Origin: Octopus vulgaris
Taxonomy: Eukaryota
Length of the DNA stretch: 64,000 nucleotides
NCBI GenBank assembly: GCA_951406725.2
Contig: OX597818.1
Coordinates: 32,984,001-33,048,000, forward strand
Direction of reading: 5' to 3'
Made by a program: the position numbers and the translations under genes. The notes below the pieces were generated by a model. That model saw only the letters and a program-made list of their open reading frames with translations, had not been told where the DNA came from and did not search any database. Below, in pieces: positions 29,227-41,844 of this stretch. Each line of letters starts with the position of its first letter. Positions within the stretch are counted from its first letter, which is position 1.

Positions 29227-29349
29227 AAACCTAGTCGAACTTGGTATTGCTAACTGAACAAAACAATGAACGAACGCTAAAACAAATTGTAAGCGAATAA
29301 CTTAAACCGAAAGATAGAAATAAATAAAAGAAAGTAAAAAAGCAAATAA

Positions 29350-29910
29350 ACTTTTCTACTCTAAGCACAAGGCCCAAAATTTTAGGGGAGTGGATTAGTC
29401 AATCAGATGAACTTACAATGCACCTAGTACTAAATTTATCGAACCCGAAAGGCAAAGTCGACCTCGGCGGAAATTGAACTCAGAAAGTAAAGACAGACGA
29501 AATACCTATTTCTATTTCTTTACTACTCACAAGGAGCTAAACAGAGAGGTCAAACAAGGACAGACAAACGGATTAATTCGAATATATCGACTCCAGTGCG
29601 TAACTGGTACTTATTTTTTCGACCCCGAAAGGATGAAAGGCAAAGTCGACCTCGGCGGAATTTGAACTCAGAACGTACCGGCAGACGAAATACCGCTAAG
29701 CATTTCGCCCGGCGTGCTAACGTTTCTGCTATCTCGCACCTTGAAATATTCTTTTCTACTCTAAGCACAATGCCCGAAATTTGGGTGGGAGGGGGCCAGT
29801 CGATTAGATCGACCCCAGTACGCAACTGGTACTAAATTTATCGACCCCGAAAGGATGAAAAGTAAAATCGACCTCGGCGGAATTTGAACTCAGAACGCCA
29901 GCTCGCCGTC
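29350..29910 (-). mobile_element. Family A SINE dimer (about 29350-29742) plus an adjacent internally deleted copy (about 29750-29910)
   Basis: Repeated Meta-like cores; tail-to-ggtatttcgtct junction near 29500. Confidence 0.8.
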
Positions 29911-30074
29911 TTTCAAAATCAAATAAGCGCTATTGAAAATGACGGAAAGTGAGAGTCGATGGTATTATTATAATAGTAGTTATCCTGTGCATGTATGTTC
30001 GTCTTTGTGTTTGTGTGTGTATGTGTGTCTTCTCAAACAGTTGGTGATAAAAGAATGAAATTAATTTTTATGAG

Positions 30075-30242
30075 CGAGGGGTGGCTGTGTGGTAAGTAGC
30101 TTGCTTACCAACCACATGCTTCCGGGTTCAGTCCCATTGCCCCACTGCGTGGCACCTTGGGCAAGTGTCTTCTACTATAACCTCAGGCCGACCAAAGCCT
30201 TGTGAGTAGATTTGGTAGACGGAAACTGAAAGAAGCCCGTCG

Positions 30243-30273
<31 letters not shown>

Positions 30274-30400
30274 ATGTGTTTGTGTGTCTGTGTTTGTCCC
30301 CCCCATCATCGCTTGACAACCAATAGTGGTGTGTTTACGTCCCCGTAACTTAGCAGTTCGGCAAAAGAAACCGATAGGATACTGGAGTCGATTTGCTTAC
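30075..30400 (+). mobile_element. Family B SINE
   Basis: Matches the family-B consensus. Confidence 0.85.
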
Positions 30401-30555
30401 GTTTCTACGTCCGTTTCTACGTTCTGAGTTCATCCTTTCGGGGTCGATAAATGAAGTACCAGTGAAACACTGGGGATCGATGTAACCGACTACTCCCCAC
30501 CTCCGAAATTTCATGCTTTGTCCCTATAGTAGAAAGAACTATTGTATTAGCAATC

Positions 30556-30990
30556 AAGGCGGTGAACTGACAGACTCGTTGGCACGCCGGAGAAAATGCG
30601 TTGTGGTATTTCGCCTAAATAAAGGCGGCGAGCTGGCAGAAACGTTAGCACGCCGGGCGAAATGCTTTGCGGTATTGCGTCTGCCGTTATGTTCTGAGTT
30701 CAAATTCCGCCGAGGTCGACTTTGCCTTTCATCCTTTCCGGGTCGATAAATTAAAGTACCAGTTACGCACTGGGGTCGATGTAATCGACTTAATACCTAT
30801 GTCTGTCCTTGTTTGTCCCCTCTGTGTTTAGCCCCTTGTGGGTAATAAAGAAATAGGTATTTCGCCTAAACGTTCCGATTTGAAATTCTGCTGAAGTCAA
30901 CATTGCCTTCCATTTCTTTCGTGATTGAGGAAATAAGTACCAGTTGTATTCGATTAACCGCTTTCCCCAAATTTCAGGCCTTGTTTGAAA
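30556..30990 (+). mobile_element. Family A SINE (about 30622-30855) nested in an older family A copy, 15-bp TSD
   Basis: TSD ggtatttcgcctaaa at 30605-30619 and 30856-30870. Confidence 0.9.
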
Positions 30991-31053
30991 GTATTATCAT
31001 ATTAGTAATTTTTGCAGTGTTGTTGCGTTGTTATCGTATCCTTGTATGCAAAT

Positions 31054-31363
31054 GGTACTAATTTATCGACACCGAAAGGATGAAAGGCAAAGTCCACCTC
31101 GTCGGAATTTGAAATCAGAACAGACGAAATACCTATTTCTTTATAACCCACAAGGGGTTAAACATAGAGGGGACAAACTAGGACAGACAAAGGGATTAAG
31201 TCGATAACATCGACCCCAGTGCGAAATGGTACTTAATTTATCGACCTCGAAAGGATGAAAAGCAAAGTCGACCTCGGCGGAATTTGAACTCAGAACGTAA
31301 CGACAGACGAAATACCGCTAAACATTTCGCCCGGTGTGCTGACGTCTCTGCTAGCTCGCACCT
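31054..31363 (-). mobile_element. Family A SINE, partial dimer
   Basis: Junction cagacgaaatacctatttc near 31130. Confidence 0.8.
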
Positions 31364-31713
31364 TGAAATATCATAAAGGCTTATCATAAAGGTCCATAGG
31401 AGTTTGACGTGACGACAGTTATGATAGTTAAATTTAAAGTAGAGGTGGGACACCTATGTGAAAGTTCACGGGACCTGTATAATCTCCTTGAAGGGCGAAG
31501 TAGAGGTGATAGGCAATCAGTTAATCAAAGATGGTCTTCACGCACCTATATGCGAGGACATCATTATATTTTTGATTATTAATAATAGAAATTAAAAGAG
31601 AGAAAGGAAGAGTGGAACCGAGACGAAAAGAAGACACCAAGAATATGTAAACATGCTAAATTCTCAGTAAACCATTAAACTAGAAATGAATTATAATGGA
31701 ATATTAAAGTAAA

Positions 31714-31950
31714 TGGCGGCGAGCTGGCAGAAACGTTAGCATACCGGGCGAAATGCTTAGCGGTATTTCGTCTGCGTTACGTTGTGAGTTCAAATTCCGC
31801 CGAGGTCGACTTTGCCTTTCATCCTTTCGGGGTCGATAAATTAAGTACCAGTTACGCACTGGGGTCGATGTAATCGACTTAATACCTATGTCTGTCCTTG
31901 TTTGTCCCCTCTGTGTTTAGTCCCTTGTGGGTAATAAAGAAATAGGTATT
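31714..31950 (+). mobile_element. Family A SINE, young, ending aaataggtatt
   Basis: Near-identical to 30622-30860. Confidence 0.9.
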
Positions 31951-31976
31951 GGTTGAGTGATATACATGGACTCAGA

Positions 31977-32007
<31 letters not shown>

Positions 32008-32049
32008 CATACATACATACATACATACATACATACATACATACATACA

Positions 32050-32098
<49 letters not shown>

Positions 32099-34351
32099 GT
32101 ATACACACACATACATTTATATTCATAAACACATATATACATATCTATGTACATACACACAAGCAATCATAAGCCCATAGATTCTAAGAGGTATTAACGT
32201 TACAACATGAATTAATGATACGTGAGAGAAGATAGAAAAAAATTTAGGTAGAATGTATTTTCCAGGTGAGTGCATAAATGGTGTAACGAATGTATGCGTT
32301 TGTCAATCATGTACTAATGTCTTTTTAATAGGCTGAGCCCTCCCACAAAATTTGCGACATTGCCCCTATATTAGTACTCATAGTTCTTGAGTTAAGGAAG
32401 CGAGTAAATAATTATAGAATTAATTAATGAGATTATATCACTTGTCTATATATATTTTCCACCCTTTTAAATCTCAGAAATTTATATTTCGTTTTGAGTC
32501 GTTTTCATAAATATTTGTGAAATGATTTGTAAATATTACACGTTTATTAGTTGCACAAAAGGAAACTAAATGAAGCCTCGTTAAATTTTGTGTGTGCGTG
32601 TGTGTGTGTGTGTGTGGGGCACGCAAGCGCGTACACCTTTGTGTATATGTTGCTATGTAAGTGTGATCATGTATGTATGTACGCTTGTATGTATGTATGT
32701 ATGTATATATGTATGTATGAATGTATGTGTGTATGAATGTATGTATGTATGTATGTATGTATGTGTGTATGAATGTATGTATGTATGTATTTATGTATGT
32801 ATGTATGTATGTATGTATGTATGTATGTATGTATGTATCAGTACGATTTAGGCCTCATGTATTCATCTTTTCAAGCTCGCATGTGTATATTAGTATATAT
32901 ATATTTACTCATTCGCAGTCCGATATATTCACAAACATATCTATTTAATCACTTGGAAAATTCATTCCGCCCCTTAATCGCCGTCTTTATAAAACCATCA
33001 GTCCAACTTCGGGACCTTCTTTTTAGTTTTGCTTCACTTTGCCGCTACTGTGAGTTGATCTACACTGAATATGTTTGTATGTATACAAATATGTGCTAAA
33101 GGTGACTTGTGTTACCGGAAGATTTCATTTATATACTGTAAATTCATGTCATAGTGCTGACACATCTATCCCGCCCCCTCAATTCAAACTTCCACAATGA
33201 TGGGCATATTTTGTATTCAGTATTGATAATATCGCGTTGATTGTCATCTTGCTAGTTGTTGTTATTTTGTTGTTTAACCCTAAGTCAGTTCTGCTCGAGA
33301 TATTTTAAAATAGAAAACTTTCATCCCGTCATTTGGTATAGCCACCAGTTATATCAGAAACAAACCTGCCTATTGTGTCCTTCCTGAATAGGGCAATATA
33401 ACAGAGAACATATTTTCTGTTATATCCTGCTGGTTAATGAACTTCACAAACCTTCTCGTTGCATTGCGCCGGTATGATTCTCTCAAACTTATTAAATATC
33501 GTATCCATTAACAGCTGGAATGACCGGGTTTTTTTGACTGAAGCAGCTTAGATATGATCCTAAGAAAAATTTGCTGACAAGATTTTAAGCACATAATAGA
33601 TATAAAAGCTGAAACTAACAATTCTATATTACGTTCTCTTAACATTTTCCTTAATTTTATCAGTTCACTATACCTCAGCTCTCATCATAAATGGAGAAAA
33701 ATCAGGAAATGAGAACAAATTGATAGCAACTTCTTTACAAGGACATTTGTAAAAATTTGGTTAATTCATTTGTAACAAGCATGTAAAACATTTCTATTAC
33801 GTGGATTTAAAAATCCGAAAAATAAAGGGCAAGGAGAGATGAACTATATTTTGGAAGACGTCATCTGACACTGCTAAAAGTTTCTCATCGTGTAAAGGTG
33901 AGTTGACTAAGTATTCTTTAGATTACAACCTTTTTAAAATTGCATTTTTGCCTTCGTACGTTTCTGTAGTTGTTTTCCGAGATTGCTTATGATAAAAGTC
34001 CATACGTCTATATCTAGCACATTAGGAGTCTACTTTGTTGGTCATTCCCCTTAATTTTGTATGTGATATAACTTTTAATCTTCGGATTTTTTAACTATGC
34101 CAACCCATTGTTTTTAATTGATTAATATCAATTTCTACCCTCATTACCAAATTTTATATATATAAGTATATAGAAATGTATATGTGAATAATGATAGGAA
34201 ATTACGGGTGAATACTTTCTTGAGCACTCTATGGTTACAGAGCTTGCCAAAATAGATAACCGTTGTGAACTATCAAGTCTACCACTTACTATTGTATTCC
34301 TATTCTCTTTTCCTCATTGTATTATAGATATATATTCATATATATACATAT

Positions 34352-34408
<57 letters not shown>

Positions 34409-35297
34409 TATACATAGATACATACATACATACATACATACATACATACATACATACATACATACATACATACATGCATACATATCTCGTGTCCTTATAA
34501 CAAAGGATCCGGAGTTAAAGCCGTTTACGGTCCCTGTTAGTATGTATGCATAGAATTATGTACTTTAACGACAGCAATCGGTGTTGAAACAGATTTTGTT
34601 ATATTTCGGGACTAGTCCAAGCAGAATGGACCAAACAGAACAGGAGGTGATACGTGGGATGGAGAGCCGCTGAAGAAGTCACAGGACGTGCGATGGAACA
34701 TCTCAGACAAAGGACACTGACATAACAATAATAAAACTGAAAATGTTTATTTGGCAAAAAGAAACGATAAAAACAAATGACCCGAAATATAACAATAATT
34801 TTGTTTTGCATATGTATTTAATTATTTAGTGTAATTATTGGTCATTAATTTTTATCAAAAATTAGTATGTTCTAATACAATGTTATAAATGTTTTCTTTC
34901 CTTCTTTTATTTTTTACATAATTTTTTTCGTTATACCCACCCGTTTTTCTCATAATCTCTGTAACCCATTTATTGTACGTATGAATGGACTCTTGTGGCA
35001 AATAAATGAGGTTATCATTCTTGTTGTTGTTATTATTTTGGTGTTGTTTTCGTCTGCCTGTGGATAACATTTTTTAACTGAAACCACGCCTTTGGGTATT
35101 AGGATAAAGTAGGGTTCAGAACGACTGCGTTGGAGATGGATTAATAGGCAAAGTTGTTATAAAAATCCCAGTTGGAAAGTTTACGGGTGAAGTACAGCCG
35201 TTCCACATTTGATAAATAAATAGCATGGACTATATGAACTGAGATAACCGACACAGATAAAGACTTTGAAGTAAAGATCACTGAAAACTGGTAAAGC

Positions 35298-35377
<80 letters not shown>

Positions 35378-35624
35378 AATGATGACCACCAGCAACAAAA
35401 ACAACTGTCATGCGGCGGCACTGATGACGCTGACGACGATCACAGCGATGATGGTAATGCCCATGACGACGACGACGATGATATTAATGAGGACGACAAC
35501 CACAATGATAATATCGATGCTGCTGCTGCTGATGATGATGATGATAATGCTGATGCTGCTACTGATGCTGCTGCTGCTGATGCTGATGATGCTGATGTTG
35601 ATGATAATGATGATGATGATGATA

Positions 35625-35660
<36 letters not shown>

Positions 35661-35694
35661 GTGATGGTGATGGTGATGGTGATGATGATGATGA
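35298..35694. repeat. (TAA)n and (GAT/GCT)n trinucleotide tract
   Basis: Visible repeats; poly-M/H/S ORFs are artefacts. Confidence 0.9.
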
Positions 35695-35995
35695 CAGCAC
35701 AGCTCCCATGACTTTCGGAAACATTTTGTCACGCTAAGAGTTGCTGAAGTACGGAACAAATTGCCGGCATCAGTTGTTAGTTATCGGAGCACTGTATCCT
35801 TCAAAACTTCCATGCTTCCTGAGATTCGCCAACACTACACCTGATTTTCTATCCTCCATACACCCGCAAGCATGTATCTGACTCATACACTGTTAACTTT
35901 GCAGACATTTGTACATTACTGCATATGCTTTATACGCACTTTTGACAAGTTGTGTTGCACCTGAGCACTGTATACAAGAATTTCATTATTATTTT
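35695..35995 (+). mobile_element. CR1-like LINE 3' end with UTR and (ATT)n tail
   Basis: HSSHDFRKHFVTLRVAEVRNKLPASVVSYRSTVSFKTSMLPEIRQHYT* resembles the R..FF..RV...WN.LP..VV...S...FK C-terminus. Confidence 0.75.
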
Positions 35996-36504
35996 ATTTT
36001 CTAAATAATGATAAAAATAATAGCGAATGGAGATTATACGAGGCACAAACATGGCTAATTACTGCAAAGTCGACGATCTCACACTTAGTTCACGACAACA
36101 TCCACCAAATGTGATGCATCGTAGAACAAGTCTAGAACTGATTTGGCTTTCGAAAGGCGTAGGTCAATTTCGATCAGTTCATTGCATTTAACAGAATGGA
36201 ACATGGATATATATATAATATATATATATTATATATAGTTGTCAGAGGCTGTGTAATCATGATAAACAGTAGTATAGGCACAGGAGTTGCTGTGTGGTGA
36301 GTAGATTGCTTACCAACCACATGGTTCCGGGTTCAGTCCCACTGCGTGGCATCTTGGGCAAGTGTCTGTCAGTATGCATGCATAGAATTATGTACTTTGA
36401 CCGCAGCAACAGAACGCTTTAGCTCTTATTTATTTCTAGCATTCTATGTGTTGCTAGATATTTTTAATATGGGGGGGGGTAATATAATGCTAAACCACTG
36501 CATA

Positions 36505-36545
<41 letters not shown>

Positions 36546-36633
36546 AGCACATCCATCCATCCATCCATCCATCCATCCATAAATACATACATATATATAT
36601 ATATATACAAACAACCACACCCATACATACATG

Positions 36634-36679
<46 letters not shown>

Positions 36680-36767
36680 ACTAATGTAGGATAAAACTTT
36701 TTTCGGGAAAAAAACTTTTATCAATGGCCAGCATATCAAAAAATACCTTTAAAGGTTAAATTTATAA

Positions 36768-37214
36768 ATAATTTACAAGATAAGGACAAAAGAAAAATTC
36801 TAATGCCAAATATGCCGAAAAAAAGACAATACTTGTCAATAAACCATTATAATTTATGCGTCTCCAAACAAACCGATAGAAATCTCTAAAAAATTCGTTA
36901 TTACCGTATTGGTCCAATTTCGGGGTTAATTCGTAAGAAAAATTTTCCCCTCTCCAGCGGCAAATACACGAGATATTAGTGAAATACTTACTCATACCCA
37001 CGAAAAAAGCAAGCACTAAGTCCCGAGCAGAACTAAGTACCCCAGAACGAATTAACCCCGAAATTGGACCAATACGGTAATAACGAATTTTTTAGAGATT
37101 TCTATCGGTTTGTTTCGAGACGCATAAATTATAACGGTTTATTGACACGTGTTGTCTTTTTTTTCGGCATATTTGGCATTAGAATTTTTCTTTTGCCCTT
37201 ATCTTGTAAATTAT
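36768..37214. repeat. Inverted repeat, about 167-bp arms (36768-36934 / 37047-37214), about 112-bp spacer
   Basis: Arms are reverse complements with scattered mismatches; also visible as mirrored ORFs (DQYGNNEFFRDFYRFV). Confidence 0.9.
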
Positions 37215-37795
37215 GTATATATGTATATATATACATTCATCCATACATATACATTCATATATATGTGTATTTACATATATATAAATATATACATATGTAG
37301 ATATATATATTTATATGATTACACATAATGATGTGTATATATTTATGAGAATATATGAGCGTCATGTGTGTGTATGTGTGTAAGGTGTGTGTATGCATAA
37401 GATAAGAATAAAATTATGAATATTAAAGTTAATACATTCCTAAAGTACATTATTACAATCCAATCATTCCAAAATATAATATCATGTATTCAAAACAGAT
37501 TATTTCAATCAAAATATTCCAAAGAATTTTATTACATATTCCAAAATATCATATTAAATCCAAAATATATTGCTACAATCAAATCATATCAAGATTATGT
37601 ATATATATCTATGTGTGTGCGAGCGCGCGTGTATGTATGTGTGTGTAGACAGAGATAGAGCTTGTGTATACATGTAGATAGATGTGTGAGTATATGTGAG
37701 TGTGTGTATGTGGCGGATTGTGTTTGTGTGCGTGTGTCTCTCTGTATAACTATAGGAATGTGCGTGTGTGCCCGTACAATACTGAGGACAGATTA

Positions 37796-37833
<38 letters not shown>

Positions 37834-38111
37834 TGATATTGCTAGAAAAAATCCGAATAACGCGCACTAGTTTGGATGGAATAAAGAAATAGTTCCTCTT
37901 TTTCCTTCCCATTTTCTAACACAGCAACACAATTGGCTCGCATGTATCAGGTTATACTTTTAAATCTTAGTTATCTACAAACGATGAAGACATTTAGGCA
38001 TATTCTTTTCTCATTCATTTCTTCAACACGTTATCTCACATATATTATTTTGCTCATGAAAGGAAACTTATCTAACTAGATGATACACATTTCTATCCAT
38101 TCATCCATCCA

Positions 38112-38142
<31 letters not shown>

Positions 38143-38201
38143 CATACATACATACATACATACATACATACATACATAGAAAATACAGTGTACATTTAAA
38201 C

Positions 38202-38394
38202 ACATTAAGAGGTTTCCGTCATAGGAAACCTTTACGCTAGAAAGAACAGCGAAAGTCCAAATCATTAATTAGGGATAAATTCTCGAAGGGAATGAAAAAT
38301 AAAACCATTTACCGTCTCTTTCCGTAATTAGTGGTTTGAACTTTAGCTGTTCTTTCTAGCGTAAAGGATTCCTGTGATGGAAACCTCTTAATGT
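38202..38394. repeat. Inverted repeat, about 70-bp arms
   Basis: acattaagaggtttcc..cgctagaaagaacagc vs gctgttctttctagcg..ggaaacctcttaatgt. Confidence 0.8.
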
Positions 38395-38521
38395 ATTTTT
38401 TATGAATAATATATACTGTATTGACTAATTTTTTTATACGTTAGGCTAATGGTAGCAAAATTTCTAAAATCATTATTACCCTGATATTATTAATTACAAA
38501 CATACATACATATTTTATATT

Positions 38522-38912
38522 TTACCTTTTGTTTGTTTCAGTCATTAGACTGCGGCCATGCTGGGGCACTGCCTTGAAGAAATGATAGTTAAACGGGTCG
38601 ACCCCAGTACTTATTTTTTTAAGGCTTATACATATTCTATCGTTCTCTATTGCCGAACAGCTAAGTTACGGAAACGTAAACACATCGGCTCCGTTTGTCG
38701 AACTGTGGTGAGGGAGTCAGACAGTGACAAAATGACAGACCTAGACATATTTATACGATGGGCTTCCTTCAGTTTCCGTCTAACAAATCGACTTTGGTCA
38801 CTCCGGGGCTATAACAGAAAAACACACCTGACCATGCGGGTATGCATGGGACTGAACCCAGAAGCATGTAGGTGGGAAGCAAACTTTCTTAAAACATAGC
38901 CAAACCTGCACA
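38522..38912 (-). mobile_element. Family B SINE, diverged
   Basis: Tail ttcagtcattagactgcggccatgctgg and a head remnant. Confidence 0.75.
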
Positions 38913-38941
38913 TATACATATGTGTGTGTATATGTGTCTGT

Positions 38942-39043
<102 letters not shown>

Positions 39044-39207
39044 GTATATATATATGTATGTATGTATGTATATATATATATATATATATCACGTGATCAC
39101 GTGACCGACCAGACCATCAGATGTCGCTGCACATCGCTGGTCACAATGCGTTCGCATTGTTTCATTGTTTTATTCGAATGACGCCACCCCGCTGGCTAAC
39201 CGAGCAG

Positions 39208-39269
<62 letters not shown>

Positions 39270-40186
39270 CGTTTGTATGTATGTATATATATGTATATGT
39301 ATACAGTGATGGTATATTCTGCTAAGAACGTAGTACAGTAAAATGCTTGTCCACCTCCTGATTTAACCCTGTGCTTTCCAGTATTAATATTATAGTACTT
39401 CCAGGTTTGCATTTCAGCTTGTCGTGTGTGAATAGATAATTGAAAAAAAAATTGGATTCAACAAGAAGGAGTACAGTTGAGCATTTATTTTCACTCACTT
39501 CAGTTGTTTTTACGAAACGTAGTTCTACAAGCTTACAGGTACTTGATTATGTAACCGTACTTGCGTTATGAGTTCTAGTTGTATTTCCTCAGGCGATATG
39601 TAAATATTGTCTTTGTAAGTGACCTGGAGTTTTATATATGCTATCTTGTGTGCATACACCGACACAAAATCTTGATCCATATATAATGTATGCCGTGTTA
39701 TGGCTGTCACAGCCATGACTGCTACTTTTTCCCAGAATCCTACTCTCGTCTGTGCACACCATGAACTGGGCTTTGTAGACAAGCTCGCCCCCCTCATATA
39801 TATATGTATATATATATATATCATATGGATGTCATATAAAACTATCCCGCACATACAATAACAGCCATACCAACAATCCAACACACCTCCATCCTCAGCT
39901 GCCTCATAGATATCACCATGGTTTCGACACATGGGCAGTACCATTCAATCCGGTGATGTCAACAGCACTACAATAATATATATGTCTGTTTGTGTATGTA
40001 TGTGTATATGAATGTATATATATTCTTGTGATAATCGTTTTTTCTTTTATATCATTTTGTTATTACCACTCTGTACTCGAGTAACACTTCGTTCTGAAAC
40101 ATACCTATATTCAGTTTTATACCAGATTATTAGTATCGCAATGCCTTATTGAAACATGTGTACATGCAAGCGTGCATACATACATA

Positions 40187-40610
40187 GGCGTGGGAGTGGC
40201 TATGTGGTAAGCAGCTTGCTTACCAACCACATGGTTCCGAGTGCAGTCCCACTGTGTGGTACCTTGGGCAACTGTCTTTTACTACAGCCTCGGGCCAACC
40301 AAAGCCTTGTGAGTGGATTCGGTAGACGGAAACTGAAAGACGTCCGTCGTATATATATATATATATATATATATATGTTTGTATGTATGTGTGTGTATAT
40401 GTTTGCGGGTCTGTGTTTGTCCATCTAACATCGCTTGACAACTGATGCTGGTGTGTTTACGTCCCCGTCACTTAACGGTTCGGCAAAAGAGGCTGGTAGA
40501 ATAAGTACCAGGCTTACAAAGAATATGTCCTGGGGTAGATTTGCTCGACTAAAGACGTTGTTCCAGCATGGCCACAGTCAAATGACTGAAACAAATAAAA
40601 GAATAATAGA
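40187..40610 (+). mobile_element. Family B SINE
   Basis: Matches the family-B consensus. Confidence 0.85.
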
Positions 40611-40611
40611 A

Positions 40612-40925
40612 TTTTATTCATCGAGCACGAATGGATGAAAAGCCAAATCGATCTCGGCATAATTTGAACTCAGAAGGTAAAGACAGACGAAATGCCGCTA
40701 ATTGTTTTACCCGGTGTGCTAACGAATCAGCTAGCTCGTCGCCTTAAATGATTAAATAATATTTGTTTCAAATTTTGGTATTAGATCAACAATGTTTATG
40801 AGGAGGAGATAAGATGATTATATCGACTCTTGTTTTATCGATCCCGAAATAATAAAAGGTAAAATCGAACTCGGAGGAATTTGAACTCGGAACGTTAAGA
40901 CGGACGAAATTGCCGCTAAGCATTC
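40612..40925 (-). mobile_element. Two old family A SINE fragments
   Basis: ggatgaaa..cgatctcggc..atttgaactc motifs occur twice. Confidence 0.7.
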
Positions 40926-41440
40926 TGTCCATCAGGTAATTTTTTTACGCATATTCATAGTGTTTATTATTACCATATTGTGCATTATCGTAATCGTGGC
41001 ATCATTAATCGTCTATTTTTGTGAGGAATTCTATAGTCTGTAGTTATATTGTTCACTGCTGCTTTCCTATCTACATTTATTTTGTATTGTTTAGTGAAGT
41101 GCACTACATTTACAAAACGGTACACTTCATTTACTAATATAACTGTTATCAAGTTTACAACTTTCCGCTTGTAATCGAATTTATAAATCACAATGGTAAT
41201 TACACACGTATTGTTTGCTGTTAAGAAAAACAATTTCAGTTTTAGTGGGGCTTTAAAATTATACACTATTAGTGTTAATATATCGTTTAAAACAATCCCT
41301 TTTGTATTATTTAAAGATGTCTTTGTTTACGCGTTTAGTTATTCAGTTGTTTGTATGCCTTTGTTTCATACAATCTCAATTCTTTATGGTATTTTCATAT
41401 TGGAATATTTCTTGTGGTATCTGATGTATTTACTGAGCTT

Positions 41441-41725
41441 ATTTCTTTACTGCCCACAAGGGGCTACACACAGAGAGGACAAACAAGGACAGACAAACGG
41501 ATTAAGTCGATTATATCGAGCCCAGTGCGTAACAGACCAGGACAGACAAACGGATTAAGTCGATTATATCGATTCCAGTGCGTAACTGGTACTTATTTAA
41601 TCGACTCCGAAAGGATGAAAAGGCAAAGTCGACCTCGGCGGAATTTGAACTCAGAACGTAGCGGCAGACGAATTACCGCTAAGGATTTCGCTCGGCGTGC
41701 TAACGATTCTACCAGTTCGCCGCCT
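41441..41725 (-). mobile_element. Family A SINE with an internal duplication and a 15-18-bp TSD
   Basis: TSD gtatttactgagctt(att) at 41426 and 41727. Confidence 0.85.
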
Positions 41726-41844
41726 GGTATTTACTGAGCTTATTACCTCTACTGATGCTCAGCTGTTCGATCTATTTGCTTGTTAAAATATCAAGTATTG
41801 TAAATTAGAATAAGCAAGAATAGAAAGCTTGTTAAGAAGCTTAA

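Noticed and set aside
28648-31950. Regularly recurring gtcgacctcggcggaatttgaactcag as a CRISPR-like array
   Set aside because: The intervening sequences are also homologous (SINE bodies) and the context is eukaryotic.
34597-34794. TG..CA solo LTR
   Set aside because: No TSD, and homology to another locus extends beyond the supposed 5' end.
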